Assembly: GCA_034422875.1 (NCBI GenBank)
Contig: DAOUJI010000098.1
Coordinates: 4,431 to 68,430 of the forward strand
Direction: 5' to 3'
DNA: 64,000 bases
Origin: Dehalococcoidia bacterium
GTDB taxonomy: Bacteria; Chloroflexota; Dehalococcoidia; Lucifugimonadales; JAGWBF01
The notes beneath the pieces were generated by a model. It was not told where the DNA came from, did not search any database, and saw only the letters and a list, made by a program, of their open reading frames with translations. Each line of letters begins with the position of its first letter. The first letter of the stretch is position 1. The position numbers and the translations under genes were made by a program. Shown piece after piece: positions 27,929 to 36,915 of the stretch.

Positions 27929-28218
27929 CGCAACTCCTTAGGCGATGGGGTTTCGGGACGCCGTTCCGAGGGCCAACGGCAAGGTGGCGTAAGAATACGG
28001 GCCGCATAAGGCATTGTCAACCGAAAACGGCGGCTCCAGCCCCTTCTCCTTCGACAACGCAGCCAGCTTTTACCGCCCTCTTTGTTAGAGGGACCGGATG
28101 ACCCCAGTGGGATATATTGAGAAACAGAGGCTGAACCGTTGGCCATCCGAACCGGTAATGTGTACCGGACCGGTATGGCACGTTGACTTCTGATATCATA
28201 ATATGCTATCAAATATAC

Positions 28219-28473
28219 GTGAGAACACGGCATCGTCGAACGCTGGAGGCGATATTCAAACGACCGACGCTATCCAACATTCGCTGGGATGACATCGAGT
28301 CGTTGTTCAAGGCCGTCGGGGCCATCGTCGAAGAAGGGGCCGGGTCCCGTGTGATAGTCAAACTAAATGATCGGGTGGCGGTCTTTCATAGGCCCCATCC
28401 TCGCAAAGAAACGGACAGAGGCTCAGTAAGATCCGTTGAGAGGTTTCTAAACGAGGCCGGAATAAGTCCTTAG
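28219..28473 (+). CDS. hicA: HicA family mRNA-interferase toxin
   Basis: ORF 28183..28473. GTG at 28219 is preferred. TLEAIF..P....IRWDDIESLFKAVGA...GSRV......VFHRPHPRKE pattern of HicA-type toxins. Followed 20 nt later by hicB. Confidence 0.7.
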   Translation: MRTRHRRTLEAIFKRPTLSNIRWDDIESLFKAVGAIVEEGAGSRVIVKLNDRVAVFHRPHPRKETDRGSVRSVERFLNEAGISP

Positions 28474-28493
28474 GGCAATCGGGAGGCTGGCAA

Positions 28494-28877
28494 ATGATGG
28501 AACATGGAGGCTATCGCGCAACGATAACTTTCGATGCCGAGGCGGGCATCTTCCACGGTGAAGTATTGGACACCCGCGACGTTATCACTTTCCAGGGGAC
28601 ATCCGTCGAAGAGCTAAGAGACGCATTCCAAGGCTCGGTCGACGAGTACCTCAGGGTGTGCAAGGAAATGGGCCGGGAGCCGGACAAACCCTTCTCCGGA
28701 AAGATTCTGCTCAGAGTCAACCCTGAGCTTCACCGTGCCGCATTTGCAACCGCCAGCGCTGAGGGGAAAAGCCTGAACTCCTGGCTGGCAGAGACCGTTG
28801 AGAACGTTGTCGGCGCCGGGCCTGAGAAAACGCCGGAAAAGGCACCGCGACAAAAGACGAAGAAACAGTCCAAGTAA
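28494..28877 (+). CDS. hicB: HicB family antitoxin (with C-terminal RHH-like DNA-binding region)
   Basis: 127 aa. YRATITFDAEAGIFHGEVLD...ITFQGTSVEELRDAFQGSVDEYLRVCKEMGREPDKPFSGKILLRV.PELHR pattern. Confidence 0.85.
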   Translation: MMEHGGYRATITFDAEAGIFHGEVLDTRDVITFQGTSVEELRDAFQGSVDEYLRVCKEMGREPDKPFSGKILLRVNPELHRAAFATASAEGKSLNSWLAETVENVVGAGPEKTPEKAPRQKTKKQSK

Positions 28878-28890
28878 CCCGTCGTCAACC

Positions 28891-29358
28891 CTACGCGTCT
28901 TTGACGGCCCTGAGGACGCGGGCCATCTCGACAGCGCCCTCGGCGGCGCTGGCGCCCAGGTTGCCGGACTTTCCGCCGGCCCGGTTGATGGCCTGCTCCA
29001 TGTTCTCGGTGGTCAGCACTCCGAACATGATTGGCACGCCCGTCTCGGTGGCGACCCGGTTGATGCCGGAGGAGGCCTGATTGGCCACCATGTCGTAGTG
29101 GCCTGTTTCTCCACGAATAATCGTGCCCAGGCAGACTACTGCGTCGTACCGCCCGGTTTGTGCCATGGTCTTGGCCGTGACCGGCAACTCGAAAGACCCC
29201 GGCACCCAGACGATGTCCACATCCTGGACTCCGTACCTGGACAGGGTCTCACGGGCGCCTTCCAGCAGTTGCTGTGTAATGAACTGGTTGAATCGGGCCA
29301 CGGCGATCCCGATGTTCAAGCCCCGACCGTCAAGGTCTCCCGACAGCTCTCTAGGCAA
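28891..29358 (-). CDS. ribH: 6,7-dimethyl-8-ribityllumazine synthase
   Basis: 155 aa. ...IGIAVARFN..IT..LL.GA...L...GV...DIVWVPGSFELP... is the canonical RibH pattern. Confidence 0.92.
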   Translation of the reverse strand: MPRELSGDLDGRGLNIGIAVARFNQFITQQLLEGARETLSRYGVQDVDIVWVPGSFELPVTAKTMAQTGRYDAVVCLGTIIRGETGHYDMVANQASSGINRVATETGVPIMFGVLTTENMEQAINRAGGKSGNLGASAAEGAVEMARVLRAVKDA

Positions 29359-29390
29359 GGTCAGTCTCCTGTTATCGGATTCTGAGGCCC

Positions 29391-30107
29391 CTATTCAGCC
29401 TCGTCGTCGTCCGCACCCGCCTCCAACACCTTGTCCACGAACTCCTCTTCTGAAACGGCCCCCACTAGCTGGGCCTTGGGTAGGACTCCAAGCTTGCTCT
29501 CCTGGGTGATGACCGTCTTGGGAACGCCACGCACCTGGTACGTCTGGGCCAAGGCGGGGAATTCCTCCACCTCGATCACGTCGGCGGTTACGTTGGCGTT
29601 CTCCAACGCTATGGCGTGTGCAATCCGCGCCACACCGGGGCAGAAGCCGCACGACGGAGTCACAAACACCCGGATATGCACTGGTTTGCTGACCTTCTTG
29701 AGCTTTCTGCGGGAGTCCATGGACAGTGGACTAACGCCCCTGGATATGGTCTTGATGCCCGCTACGATAGTTGGGAATTCGAGGCCAGCCGGCAGTCCAT
29801 AGAACTTCAGACGTCCGTCGTTGTCGTCTCCCAGAACGATGGCCGGTATCTGCTCTATCCCGTACTTCTGCCTCTCCTCCGACTGGCTGTAGACGTCCAC
29901 GATGTCCAGGTGCAGTTTGGGGGAAAGGGACGTAAGCTCTTCCATAAGCTGCTGCGTCTGTGGGCAGTATCGGCACTCCCGCCCGGGGATGGTCAGCAGC
30001 GAGGAGCCCTGGGAAAAAAGCTTGATGGTTACCTCGTTCTTGAGGTCTTTGCGGAGTTCCCTTTTCAGGGAGTCCCTGTCTTTGTCCGGAATTATGGGCA
30101 TGTCCAA
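29391..30107 (-). CDS. Two-domain thioredoxin-fold protein disulfide oxidoreductase (PDO/glutaredoxin-like)
   Basis: 238 aa with two CxxC sites (CRYCPQ and CGFCPG), one in each half. Confidence 0.75.
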   Translation of the reverse strand: MDMPIIPDKDRDSLKRELRKDLKNEVTIKLFSQGSSLLTIPGRECRYCPQTQQLMEELTSLSPKLHLDIVDVYSQSEERQKYGIEQIPAIVLGDDNDGRLKFYGLPAGLEFPTIVAGIKTISRGVSPLSMDSRRKLKKVSKPVHIRVFVTPSCGFCPGVARIAHAIALENANVTADVIEVEEFPALAQTYQVRGVPKTVITQESKLGVLPKAQLVGAVSEEEFVDKVLEAGADDDEAE

Positions 30108-30269
30108 CCCCGACTATACGCTTTGAGTTTGCCCAGTTTACACCTTAAAAATCCCTTTTTCCACCCTTGCCGTCCGCCACAACCGCCGTTGAAGGGCTCC
30201 CTGTTTTGTGCTAATTTACCCACGGACTCTCCAGGGCCAAATCTTCAACTTGTTCTTAGGCGGTGCAGC

Positions 30270-31328
30270 ATGACCCTTAACTCCGACTCCCTTGTCTCCA
30301 GCCGCGTGGACGTCGCAGGCGACTTGGATGACGCCATCGAGATGTGCTACCAGAAGGGATGGACCGACGGCCTACCCGTGGTCCCCCCAACGGAAGAGAA
30401 AGTGCTCCGGTTCCTGGAGTTCGTGGAACGCGATCCATCGGACGTCATTGGAATAGAACCGGTGCGGGGCCGTGTCGTAACTGCGGAGAAGGTGGCCATC
30501 AACGCCGTAATGGCCGGATGCAAGCAAGAGTACATGCCCATCATCATGGCCTGTGTGGAGGGAATGGTCTTGCCTGAGTACAACCTCCACGGGAGCTCCG
30601 CCAGCACGGGAGGCTCGGCGCCCCTGCTCATCATCAACGGACCCATACGACAGAAACTGGGCTTTGCCTCGGGCAACAACCTCTTCGGCCCAGGACCTGA
30701 CCGCCGCCCCAACGCCACGGTGGGCCGGGCCATCAGGATGATTCTCATCAACGTGCTGGAGAACCACCCCGGAGTCCTGGACCGCTCCACACTAGGTCAT
30801 CCCGGCAAGTACAGCTTCTGCATAGCCGAGGACGAGGAAAACAGCCCCTGGGAACCTCTCCACGTGGAAAAGGGGTTCGACGCTGACGCCAGCACGGTGA
30901 CGGTGGCCGCTTCTCACGGCCCGCAGCAAATGGGCGTAGTCTGGGAAGGGACTCCCGAGGCCATGCTCATCAACATCGCCGACACCATGCTGGGCATCAT
31001 GCCGAGGCAGGGCGAGGTCATACTGGTCATGTCGATCGAACACAGCCACCTGTACAAGGACGCGGGGTGGTCCAAGCAGCAGGTGAAGCAGTTCGTCTAC
31101 GACCACGCCTGCCGCACCCACGAAGAATACGCGCGGGTGAAGAAGGTCGACCCACCTGAGCCCGGCCAGGAGAAGGAGCTTATCCACGCCATCGAGACCC
31201 CCGACGCCCTCACCCTGATTTCCGGCGGCGGCGCGGGAGGCCCTTGGGACTGCATCATCACCCGATGGGGCCGGGGCGTCACGTCCAAGTCCATTACCAA
31301 GCAGATAGACACCAGCAAGATTCTTTAG
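30270..31328 (+). CDS. Conserved hypothetical protein (no function recognised)
   Basis: C-terminal 352 aa of the 570-aa ORF 29616..31328. The upstream part of that ORF is antisense to the PDO gene and is rejected. ATG at 30270. Sequence ...QKGWTDGLPVVPPTEEKV...AINAVMAGC...NLHGSSASTGGSAPLLIINGP... looks like a real conserved protein. Confidence 0.6.
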   Translation: MTLNSDSLVSSRVDVAGDLDDAIEMCYQKGWTDGLPVVPPTEEKVLRFLEFVERDPSDVIGIEPVRGRVVTAEKVAINAVMAGCKQEYMPIIMACVEGMVLPEYNLHGSSASTGGSAPLLIINGPIRQKLGFASGNNLFGPGPDRRPNATVGRAIRMILINVLENHPGVLDRSTLGHPGKYSFCIAEDEENSPWEPLHVEKGFDADASTVTVAASHGPQQMGVVWEGTPEAMLINIADTMLGIMPRQGEVILVMSIEHSHLYKDAGWSKQQVKQFVYDHACRTHEEYARVKKVDPPEPGQEKELIHAIETPDALTLISGGGAGGPWDCIITRWGRGVTSKSITKQIDTSKIL

Positions 31329-31374
31329 AACGAAACGTCGGGTCGGGCGAGCCTGGAAAGACCTAGTTTGGTGT

Positions 31375-31404
31375 TTGGCCGGGTGGCCCGGCAAATGGTA
31401 TAAT
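31375..31404 (+). promoter_or_regulatory. Candidate strong promoter of the selenoprotein gene
   Basis: TTGGCC (31375-31380), an 18-nt spacer, then an extended -10 TGgTATAAT (31396-31404). GGAGGAGG Shine-Dalgarno lies at about 31449-31456, before the ATG at 31461. Confidence 0.45.
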
Positions 31405-31460
31405 CCGGCGAAGAAACCGCGAACGCGAGGGCGCCGTCAAAAGACGGAAGAGGAGGCGCT

Positions 31461-32000
31461 ATGACAACCGGGCTCAGAATTCTGGACCCCACGGTGGAGG
31501 CCCTGCCCGACACCACCCTGATGGCCGAAAGGCCCAAGAACCTGAACGGGCTGAAAGTCGGCCTGCTCTCCAACGGCAAGAGGAACGCCGAAGAACTCCT
31601 GGAGGCCGTCGTAGCCCTGCTGCAGGACACCTACGAGCTTGGTGAGATTCACCGCTACAACAAGAGGGACGCCTCCAGGCCCTGCCCACAGAACATCATG
31701 GACGAGCTACTGGAGAAGTGCGACATTGCAATTGTCGCAACAGGTGATTGAGGCTCCTGCTCCTCGTGCAGTGTGCACGACGGCATCACCATCGAGAAGG
31801 CTGGAAAGCCTGCGGCGGTTATATGCACGGAACCCTTCATCCCAACCGGGCGAGCCATCGCCAAGATACGGGGCATCGAGGACTATCCCTTGTCCATAGT
31901 CCCGCACCCAGTTGGAAGCCTTGACGAGGACGGAGTCATGCTCCGCGCACGGCAGGCCCTGCCCCGCATCATGGAGATACTCCAGGGCCGGAACGTTTAG
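31461..32000 (+). CDS. UGSC-motif (seleno)protein, UGA at 31749-31751 read as selenocysteine
   Basis: ORFs 31461..31751 and 31773..32000 are in the same frame and separated only by a single TGA. Read-through gives ...DIAIVATGD-U-GSCSSCSVHDGITIEKAGKPAAVICTEPF..., 179 aa. A SECIS-like hairpin follows. The second half has no plausible independent start or RBS. Confidence 0.75.
31762..31782 (+). other. SECIS-like recoding hairpin downstream of the UGA
   Basis: TCGTGCA (31764-31770), loop GTG, TGCACGA (31774-31780), plus a possible C-G closing pair (31762/31782). The apical loop starts 19 nt after the UGA. Confidence 0.5.
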
Positions 32001-32070
32001 CCCGGCCCTTCTCCTCATACGGCTCCTCCCGCCCTAAATGTCCGTACGAGCGGAAGTGAATAGCGGCATG

Positions 32071-32112
32071 AAAGATTTGAGGCCCTGAATCAGGGCCTCA
32101 AATCTTTTTCTT
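32071..32112. terminator. Intrinsic terminator between convergent genes (stronger on + strand)
   Basis: Perfect 17-bp stem AAAGATTTGAGGCCCTG / CAGGGCCTCAAATCTTT (32071-32087 / 32091-32107) with a 3-nt loop, running into TTTTTCTTG. Confidence 0.8.
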
Positions 32113-32135
32113 GAACGTTCCTTCAAGGAGGTCCG

Positions 32136-32894
32136 CTACAGTATCTGGGACAGGAACGTTTTGGTCCGTTCTTGTTCTGGGTTGTTGAAAAAGACTGACG
32201 GCGGCGCCTGCTCGATGATTACCCCTTCGTCAAACATGATTATCCGGTCGGCGACTTCCCTGGCGAACCCCACCTCGTGGCTGACTATCAGCATGGTCAT
32301 GCCGGAATTGGCCAGCTCCCGCATCACGTCCAGCACCTCTTTAATCATCTCCGGGTCCAGCGCTGACGTCGGCTCGTCGAAGAGCATTATCTTGGGCTGC
32401 ATGGCAAGAGCCCTTGCGATCGCCACTCGTTGCTGTTGACCGCCCGACAACTCGGAAGGATATTTCTCAGACTGTTCGGGTATGCCGACCCTCTCAAGAA
32501 GCTCGTCGGCTGTTTGGTCAGCCTGTTCTTTGGGCCATTTTCTAACCTTCATAGGCGCCAGTGTGATGTTTTGCCTCACAGTAAGATGGGGAAAGAGGTT
32601 GAATGACTGGAACACCATCCCGACCTCTCGGCGGATGGCGTCGATGTTGCGCACGTCGTTGGTCAGAGGGACTCCATCTACTATGATGTCCCCCTTTTGG
32701 TGTTCTTCCAGGCGGTTAATGGTGCGTATAAAAGTGGACTTGCCTGAACCCGACGGGCCTAAAATCACTATCTTTTCGCTCCGCGCCACTGAAGTGGTCA
32801 CTCCCTTGAGCACGTGGAACTCGCCGAACCACTTGTTCACGTCGCGGCATACGATTATGGGATCCGCGCCGTTTCCACCTTCCGTCGTGGTCAT
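32136..32894 (-). CDS. Amino-acid ABC transporter ATP-binding protein (polar/general amino acid type)
   Basis: 252 aa. Walker A GPSGSGKST, signature LSGGQQQRV, Walker B MLFDEPTSALD. Confidence 0.9.
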   Translation of the reverse strand: MTTTEGGNGADPIIVCRDVNKWFGEFHVLKGVTTSVARSEKIVILGPSGSGKSTFIRTINRLEEHQKGDIIVDGVPLTNDVRNIDAIRREVGMVFQSFNLFPHLTVRQNITLAPMKVRKWPKEQADQTADELLERVGIPEQSEKYPSELSGGQQQRVAIARALAMQPKIMLFDEPTSALDPEMIKEVLDVMRELANSGMTMLIVSHEVGFAREVADRIIMFDEGVIIEQAPPSVFFNNPEQERTKTFLSQIL

Positions 32895-32931
32895 CTCTCA
32901 CTCCTTGCAGCCATGTTGACGGTCCAGGCCA

Positions 32932-34182
32932 TCACCTACGACCCACTCCAAGATTGTCCTCTATCCGCCGGCTCACGTAAGACATGGTGTACGTGAAAAT
33001 CCAGAAGACCAGCGCCAGAACGACGAACAGCTCCTTCGCGCTGGGCAGATACTCGGTGTTGCCCTGAATGAAGGCCCTGCTGAATTCGACTATGTCCAAC
33101 ATACCGATTATGTAAACGAGGCTGGTGTCTTTGAACAACGAGATGAACTGCCCGACGATGGCAGGTATGACGTTGCGGATTGCCTGAGGCAGCGAGATAA
33201 ACATGGTGGTCTGCCAGGCCGGGAGGCCCAGCGCCCGGGACGCCTCCGCCTGGCCTGGATGCAGCGCTTGAAGTCCCCCACGGATGTTCTCTGCCATATA
33301 TGCGGAGCTGAACAGTGTGATGACAATCGCTGCTCTGAGGAGAGAGTTCACCGGGAAGTCCTCGGGGAAGGCGAGCGGCACCAGGGTCTGAGACATGAAT
33401 AGCAGCGTTATTAAGGGGACTCCCCGGAACACTTCGATGAAGACCACACACAGGACCTTCACTACCGGCAGGTTGCTGCGTCTCCCAAGCGCCAGGCCGA
33501 TGCCGATGGGGAAGCTCACCACGATGCCCCCGACGGCGAGAATCAGGTTCAACATCAGTCCGCCCCAATAAATCACCGACACGGGCTGGAGACCTGGAAT
33601 CCCCGGGATTCCTCTCAACAACAACAAAGAAACGAGGAAAACCACCACCGCAGACGCCGACACCCACTGGATGGTGTTCAGAGGGGTGTACCGGGCAATC
33701 AACCAGCCAAGTCCCACTGCGGGCAGATTGGCCACCAGCAGCAGACGAACGTCCAGTCCCATACGGTCCATGCCGTAGGGAAGAAACGCAAACAACGCCA
33801 GGACAACTGCGACTAGTATTGCGAATCGTTTTGCCAGGCCGCTTCCCGCTATCCCCCAGCCCATGCCCAGCAGGACAGTCACAAGCAGTAAGGCGACCTG
33901 CGGCCTCCAAAAGCAGTTCAGGCCCGGGCACGCGAGCTCATTGTTGTACTGGCCGATTATCATCCGGCCGCCCAGAACCCCTATGACTGACCAGTCAGCG
34001 TCTACCGCTATCCATTTGATGCCGAACCACAGCGCCAAGATGGCAACGGCGCCGCTAACAAGGGTCAAGACGGCATTGAACTTGGAGTTGAACAGGTTGG
34101 CGTGGACCCACCCTAAGGCGCCTCTCTCCAACGGCGGCGGCGGTAGGGACCGACTCATTTCAACTTCAACGTTTGTCGACAT
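32932..34182 (-). CDS. Amino-acid ABC transporter permease (AapM-like)
   Basis: 416 aa, multi-TM. His/Glu/Gln/Arg-type permease EAA-like loop (EASRALGLPAWQTTMFISLPQA). Confidence 0.85.
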   Translation of the reverse strand: MSTNVEVEMSRSLPPPPLERGALGWVHANLFNSKFNAVLTLVSGAVAILALWFGIKWIAVDADWSVIGVLGGRMIIGQYNNELACPGLNCFWRPQVALLLVTVLLGMGWGIAGSGLAKRFAILVAVVLALFAFLPYGMDRMGLDVRLLLVANLPAVGLGWLIARYTPLNTIQWVSASAVVVFLVSLLLLRGIPGIPGLQPVSVIYWGGLMLNLILAVGGIVVSFPIGIGLALGRRSNLPVVKVLCVVFIEVFRGVPLITLLFMSQTLVPLAFPEDFPVNSLLRAAIVITLFSSAYMAENIRGGLQALHPGQAEASRALGLPAWQTTMFISLPQAIRNVIPAIVGQFISLFKDTSLVYIIGMLDIVEFSRAFIQGNTEYLPSAKELFVVLALVFWIFTYTMSYVSRRIEDNLGVGRR

Positions 34183-34214
34183 CGTCGTCTGCTTAGATCA
34201 TTCCTCTATAGATA

Positions 34215-35681
34215 TCAATAACGCAGGGAGCGGTTGTAGAGGTTGCCGATAAGGGAGTAAGCCAAGCTGATAGCAAGATAGGCCACCATTATTATTATGA
34301 AGATCGATATGGCCGGAGCGGTTTGAGTCATGGTCTTGCCTATGTTGGTGAGGTCTGAGTAACCAATCGCTCCGGCAAGGCTGCTGTTCTTGGTCAGGTT
34401 GAGCCACTGGCTGATAAGCGGGGGCACGATCACACGCAACGCTTGAGGGAACGTCACGTAGCGCAGGGTCTTGCTCCCTGTCAGACCAACCGACCTCCCG
34501 GCCTCGGTCTGCCCTCTCCCAACAGACTGGACCCCTGCCCGGACGATCTCTGCGATGAAGGACGACGTATAAATCACCAGTCCGACCAGCAGCGCTATAA
34601 GCCCAGCTACAATGTCGAAACCTCCCCCTATGCGTCCGAAGGTGCCCTCGTCGGGCGCAGGGTAAGAGATGCCATAGGGAGCCTCACCCGCAACGGCGCT
34701 GATAACAACCCAACCAACAGCTCCTGCCGCCACCCCAGCGGCAATCCCAGACGCCGTAGGATAGGAAGGCGACCCCGTGACGGTCTCCCGCCGGCTCAAC
34801 CAGCGATAGACAGCCATTCCGGTGGGAACGGTGACGAGCGCCAGAACCGCCAAGATGATAATTCCTCCTGGCCGGCGCCCGACCAGGTCCTGAGCCGCCC
34901 CATTTGAGACGTCGAACGGAGCCCATCCAGTCGCCAACCCGACTATCAACGCGACAACGGCTCCTATAACTATAACGGCAGCCGACGCCAACAACAGCGG
35001 GGCGCGCCTTGCCTCAGCGCCGGCGTCCCCCAAGCCCCGCCAACGATGGACCGCCATACTTGCGAAGCCGACGGCAACGGCCGTCCCCATTAAGACGCCC
35101 GCCGTCCCCAGTGCAATCCATACCGATGAACCGGCTGCAGGATTGGGGTCAATCATGGGAATCCAGATGCCGGCATTGTTGACATACAGTTTGTCCCCGA
35201 TGACGTAGCCTTCAAGCACGGGGGGCAGGATGAGTACGATATAAAACCAGAAGAATAGCTGGACCAGCAGCGGGACGTTGCGGAAGAACTCGACATAGAC
35301 CAGAGCCGCGTTGGAAACGATCCAGTTGCTGGACATGCGGGCGACGCCCACCGCGATGCCAAGGAGAGTCGCCAGAATCACGCCGATTATCGAAACCACC
35401 AGTGTGTTGCTGAAGCCAACCCAAAAGGAATACAGGAAAGAGTTCGATGGCTCGTATGGAATAAAGTGGTGTCCGACGGGCGTCGAGTATTCCCGGTCGA
35501 GGAAACCGAACCCATGTGGTATGTCCCGACCCTGGACAGCAGCTCCTATGTTGGCGAAGAACCAGACCACCAGAGCCACCACCAAGATCCCCGACACGAT
35601 CTGGGCGGTCCACTGGATGATCCGGGCATGCCTCCAAATGGGGATGCCCTGATAAGTTAGCCTGCGGGGCGTCGACTCCAT
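34215..35681 (-). CDS. Amino-acid ABC transporter permease (AapQ-like)
   Basis: 488 aa, multi-TM. EAGRSVGLTGSKTLRYVTFPQA loop and a long Ala/Gly/Val-rich central membrane insertion. Confidence 0.85.
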   Translation of the reverse strand: MESTPRRLTYQGIPIWRHARIIQWTAQIVSGILVVALVVWFFANIGAAVQGRDIPHGFGFLDREYSTPVGHHFIPYEPSNSFLYSFWVGFSNTLVVSIIGVILATLLGIAVGVARMSSNWIVSNAALVYVEFFRNVPLLVQLFFWFYIVLILPPVLEGYVIGDKLYVNNAGIWIPMIDPNPAAGSSVWIALGTAGVLMGTAVAVGFASMAVHRWRGLGDAGAEARRAPLLLASAAVIVIGAVVALIVGLATGWAPFDVSNGAAQDLVGRRPGGIIILAVLALVTVPTGMAVYRWLSRRETVTGSPSYPTASGIAAGVAAGAVGWVVISAVAGEAPYGISYPAPDEGTFGRIGGGFDIVAGLIALLVGLVIYTSSFIAEIVRAGVQSVGRGQTEAGRSVGLTGSKTLRYVTFPQALRVIVPPLISQWLNLTKNSSLAGAIGYSDLTNIGKTMTQTAPAISIFIIIMVAYLAISLAYSLIGNLYNRSLRY

Positions 35682-35760
35682 ATATGCCTACCGTCTGGCC
35701 ACATCAAACTTCGACAGATTGTATCCTATCTTCATGCTGTTTGGCGATTGCTCAGGCCAG

Positions 35761-35802
35761 GCAAGAAATAATGGGCGGCCAACTCATCGCTGGCCGCCCA
35801 TT
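35761..35802 (-). terminator. Intra-operon intrinsic terminator/attenuator after the binding-protein gene
   Basis: 12-bp stem AATGGGCGGCCA / TGGCCGCCCATT (35770-35781 / 35791-35802). On the minus strand it is followed by ATTTCTTGC. It lies between the SBP and permease genes. Confidence 0.6.
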
Positions 35803-35853
35803 TTCCCATTGGATGACTGTGTTCAGCCGTTCAATCGGCATACTGAGTCGAAC

Positions 35854-36915
35854 TTAGCGCAGAGGCGCCCCGTATATCTGGCCTCCCTTGGGACAGTCGG
35901 CGCAGGGAGCGTCAGCCCACAGTGCGTTCCTGCCGCCTTCCCGGGGCAGGTTAATCCCTCCGGCGCCCAGGTTCCGTTCGTATATCTCGCCGTAGTTCCC
36001 GACGGCCCTGATGACGTCCTGAGCCACGGTCTGCTCGAGTCCGAGGGTCTCCTGTCCGAAGGAACCCTCCGTGCCGAACAGCCGGTCGGTCTTGGTGGCG
36101 CCGGTCACGGCAGAGGGAACGTTGCCGGAAGTGACTCCATAGGCCTCCGAGTAGATGAGAATGCTCATCACTGTCTTGACGATGTCGAACCACTGCTCGT
36201 CGCCGTGAGGGACCACCGGGCCCAGGGGCTCTTCAGAGATGGTCTCCGGAAGGATGACGTGGTCTGCCGGGTTCTGGAACGCGCTTCCGATGGCCGCTAG
36301 CTGGGAACGGTCGTTGGTGAAGGCGTCACACTGTTGGCTTTCATAGGCTGCAACCACAGCGTCAGTGTCCTCGAACGGTACAACTGAAATGCCCAGGTCG
36401 TTCTGGCTGGAGAAGTCCTGGAGGTTCAGCTCCGTGGTGGTGCCCAGCGTCACGCAGACTGAGGCTCCCTTCAGGTCCAGAGCGCTTTCGACGCCGCGGT
36501 CCTTCCGGACCATGAATCCCTGTCCGTCGTAGAACATGGTCTGCACGTAGTTGCCCCATTGTGAGTCACGTGAGGTGGTCCACGTAACTGTGCGCACCAG
36601 CAGGTCAACCTCGCCCGATTGTATCGTCGGCCCCCGCTCGGCGGCGCTGATCAAGCGAATCTCTATCGCGTTGGGGTCGCCCAGGACAGCCGTGGCCACT
36701 GCGCGACATAGGTCGATGTCGAAACCCACGTTGTTTCCGGAAGCGTCAAGATAGCCGTAGCCAGGAACATCGTTTCGGCTGGCGCAGACCAGCTTCCCAC
36801 GTTCTTTCACAGTGTCAAGGCGGCTGGTGGTCTCTTCTTCCCCTCCTCCACACGCGGCCAGCGCAAGCAGCGCTACGACCAAGCCGGACAGAATAGCTAA
36901 ACTCCAAAGCCTCAT
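35854..36915 (-). CDS. Amino-acid ABC transporter substrate-binding protein (AapJ-like), lipoprotein-type signal
   Basis: ORF 35854..36930. ATG at 36915 is preceded by GGGAGGAAAC. Signal peptide with lipobox-like LALAACGG. Family-3 SBP pattern. Confidence 0.85.
   Translation of the reverse strand: MRLWSLAILSGLVVALLALAACGGGEEETTSRLDTVKERGKLVCASRNDVPGYGYLDASGNNVGFDIDLCRAVATAVLGDPNAIEIRLISAAERGPTIQSGEVDLLVRTVTWTTSRDSQWGNYVQTMFYDGQGFMVRKDRGVESALDLKGASVCVTLGTTTELNLQDFSSQNDLGISVVPFEDTDAVVAAYESQQCDAFTNDRSQLAAIGSAFQNPADHVILPETISEEPLGPVVPHGDEQWFDIVKTVMSILIYSEAYGVTSGNVPSAVTGATKTDRLFGTEGSFGQETLGLEQTVAQDVIRAVGNYGEIYERNLGAGGINLPREGGRNALWADAPCADCPKGGQIYGAPLR

Noticed and set aside
29616-30269. N-terminal 218 codons of the 570-aa ORF 29616..31328
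   Set aside because: This part is antisense to the well-supported two-CxxC oxidoreductase gene (29391..30107) and then crosses the intergenic region. The sequence is low-complexity (Arg/Pro/Leu-rich), as is typical of high-GC shadow frames. The conserved-looking protein begins at the ATG at 30270.
31773-32000. 75-aa ORF called as an independent gene
   Set aside because: It is in the same frame as 31461..31751 and separated from it only by one TGA. Its GTG 'start' lies inside the SECIS-like hairpin and has no RBS. It is better explained as the C-terminal half of the selenoprotein.
32936-33931. 331-aa alternate-frame ORF on the same strand as the permease
   Set aside because: It is an out-of-frame overlap with a clear multi-TM ABC permease. 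The product would be Arg/Gly/Pro-rich and non-membrane. Other cases of the same kind are 18008..18487, 54853..55560, 58576..59325 and 61297..61956.
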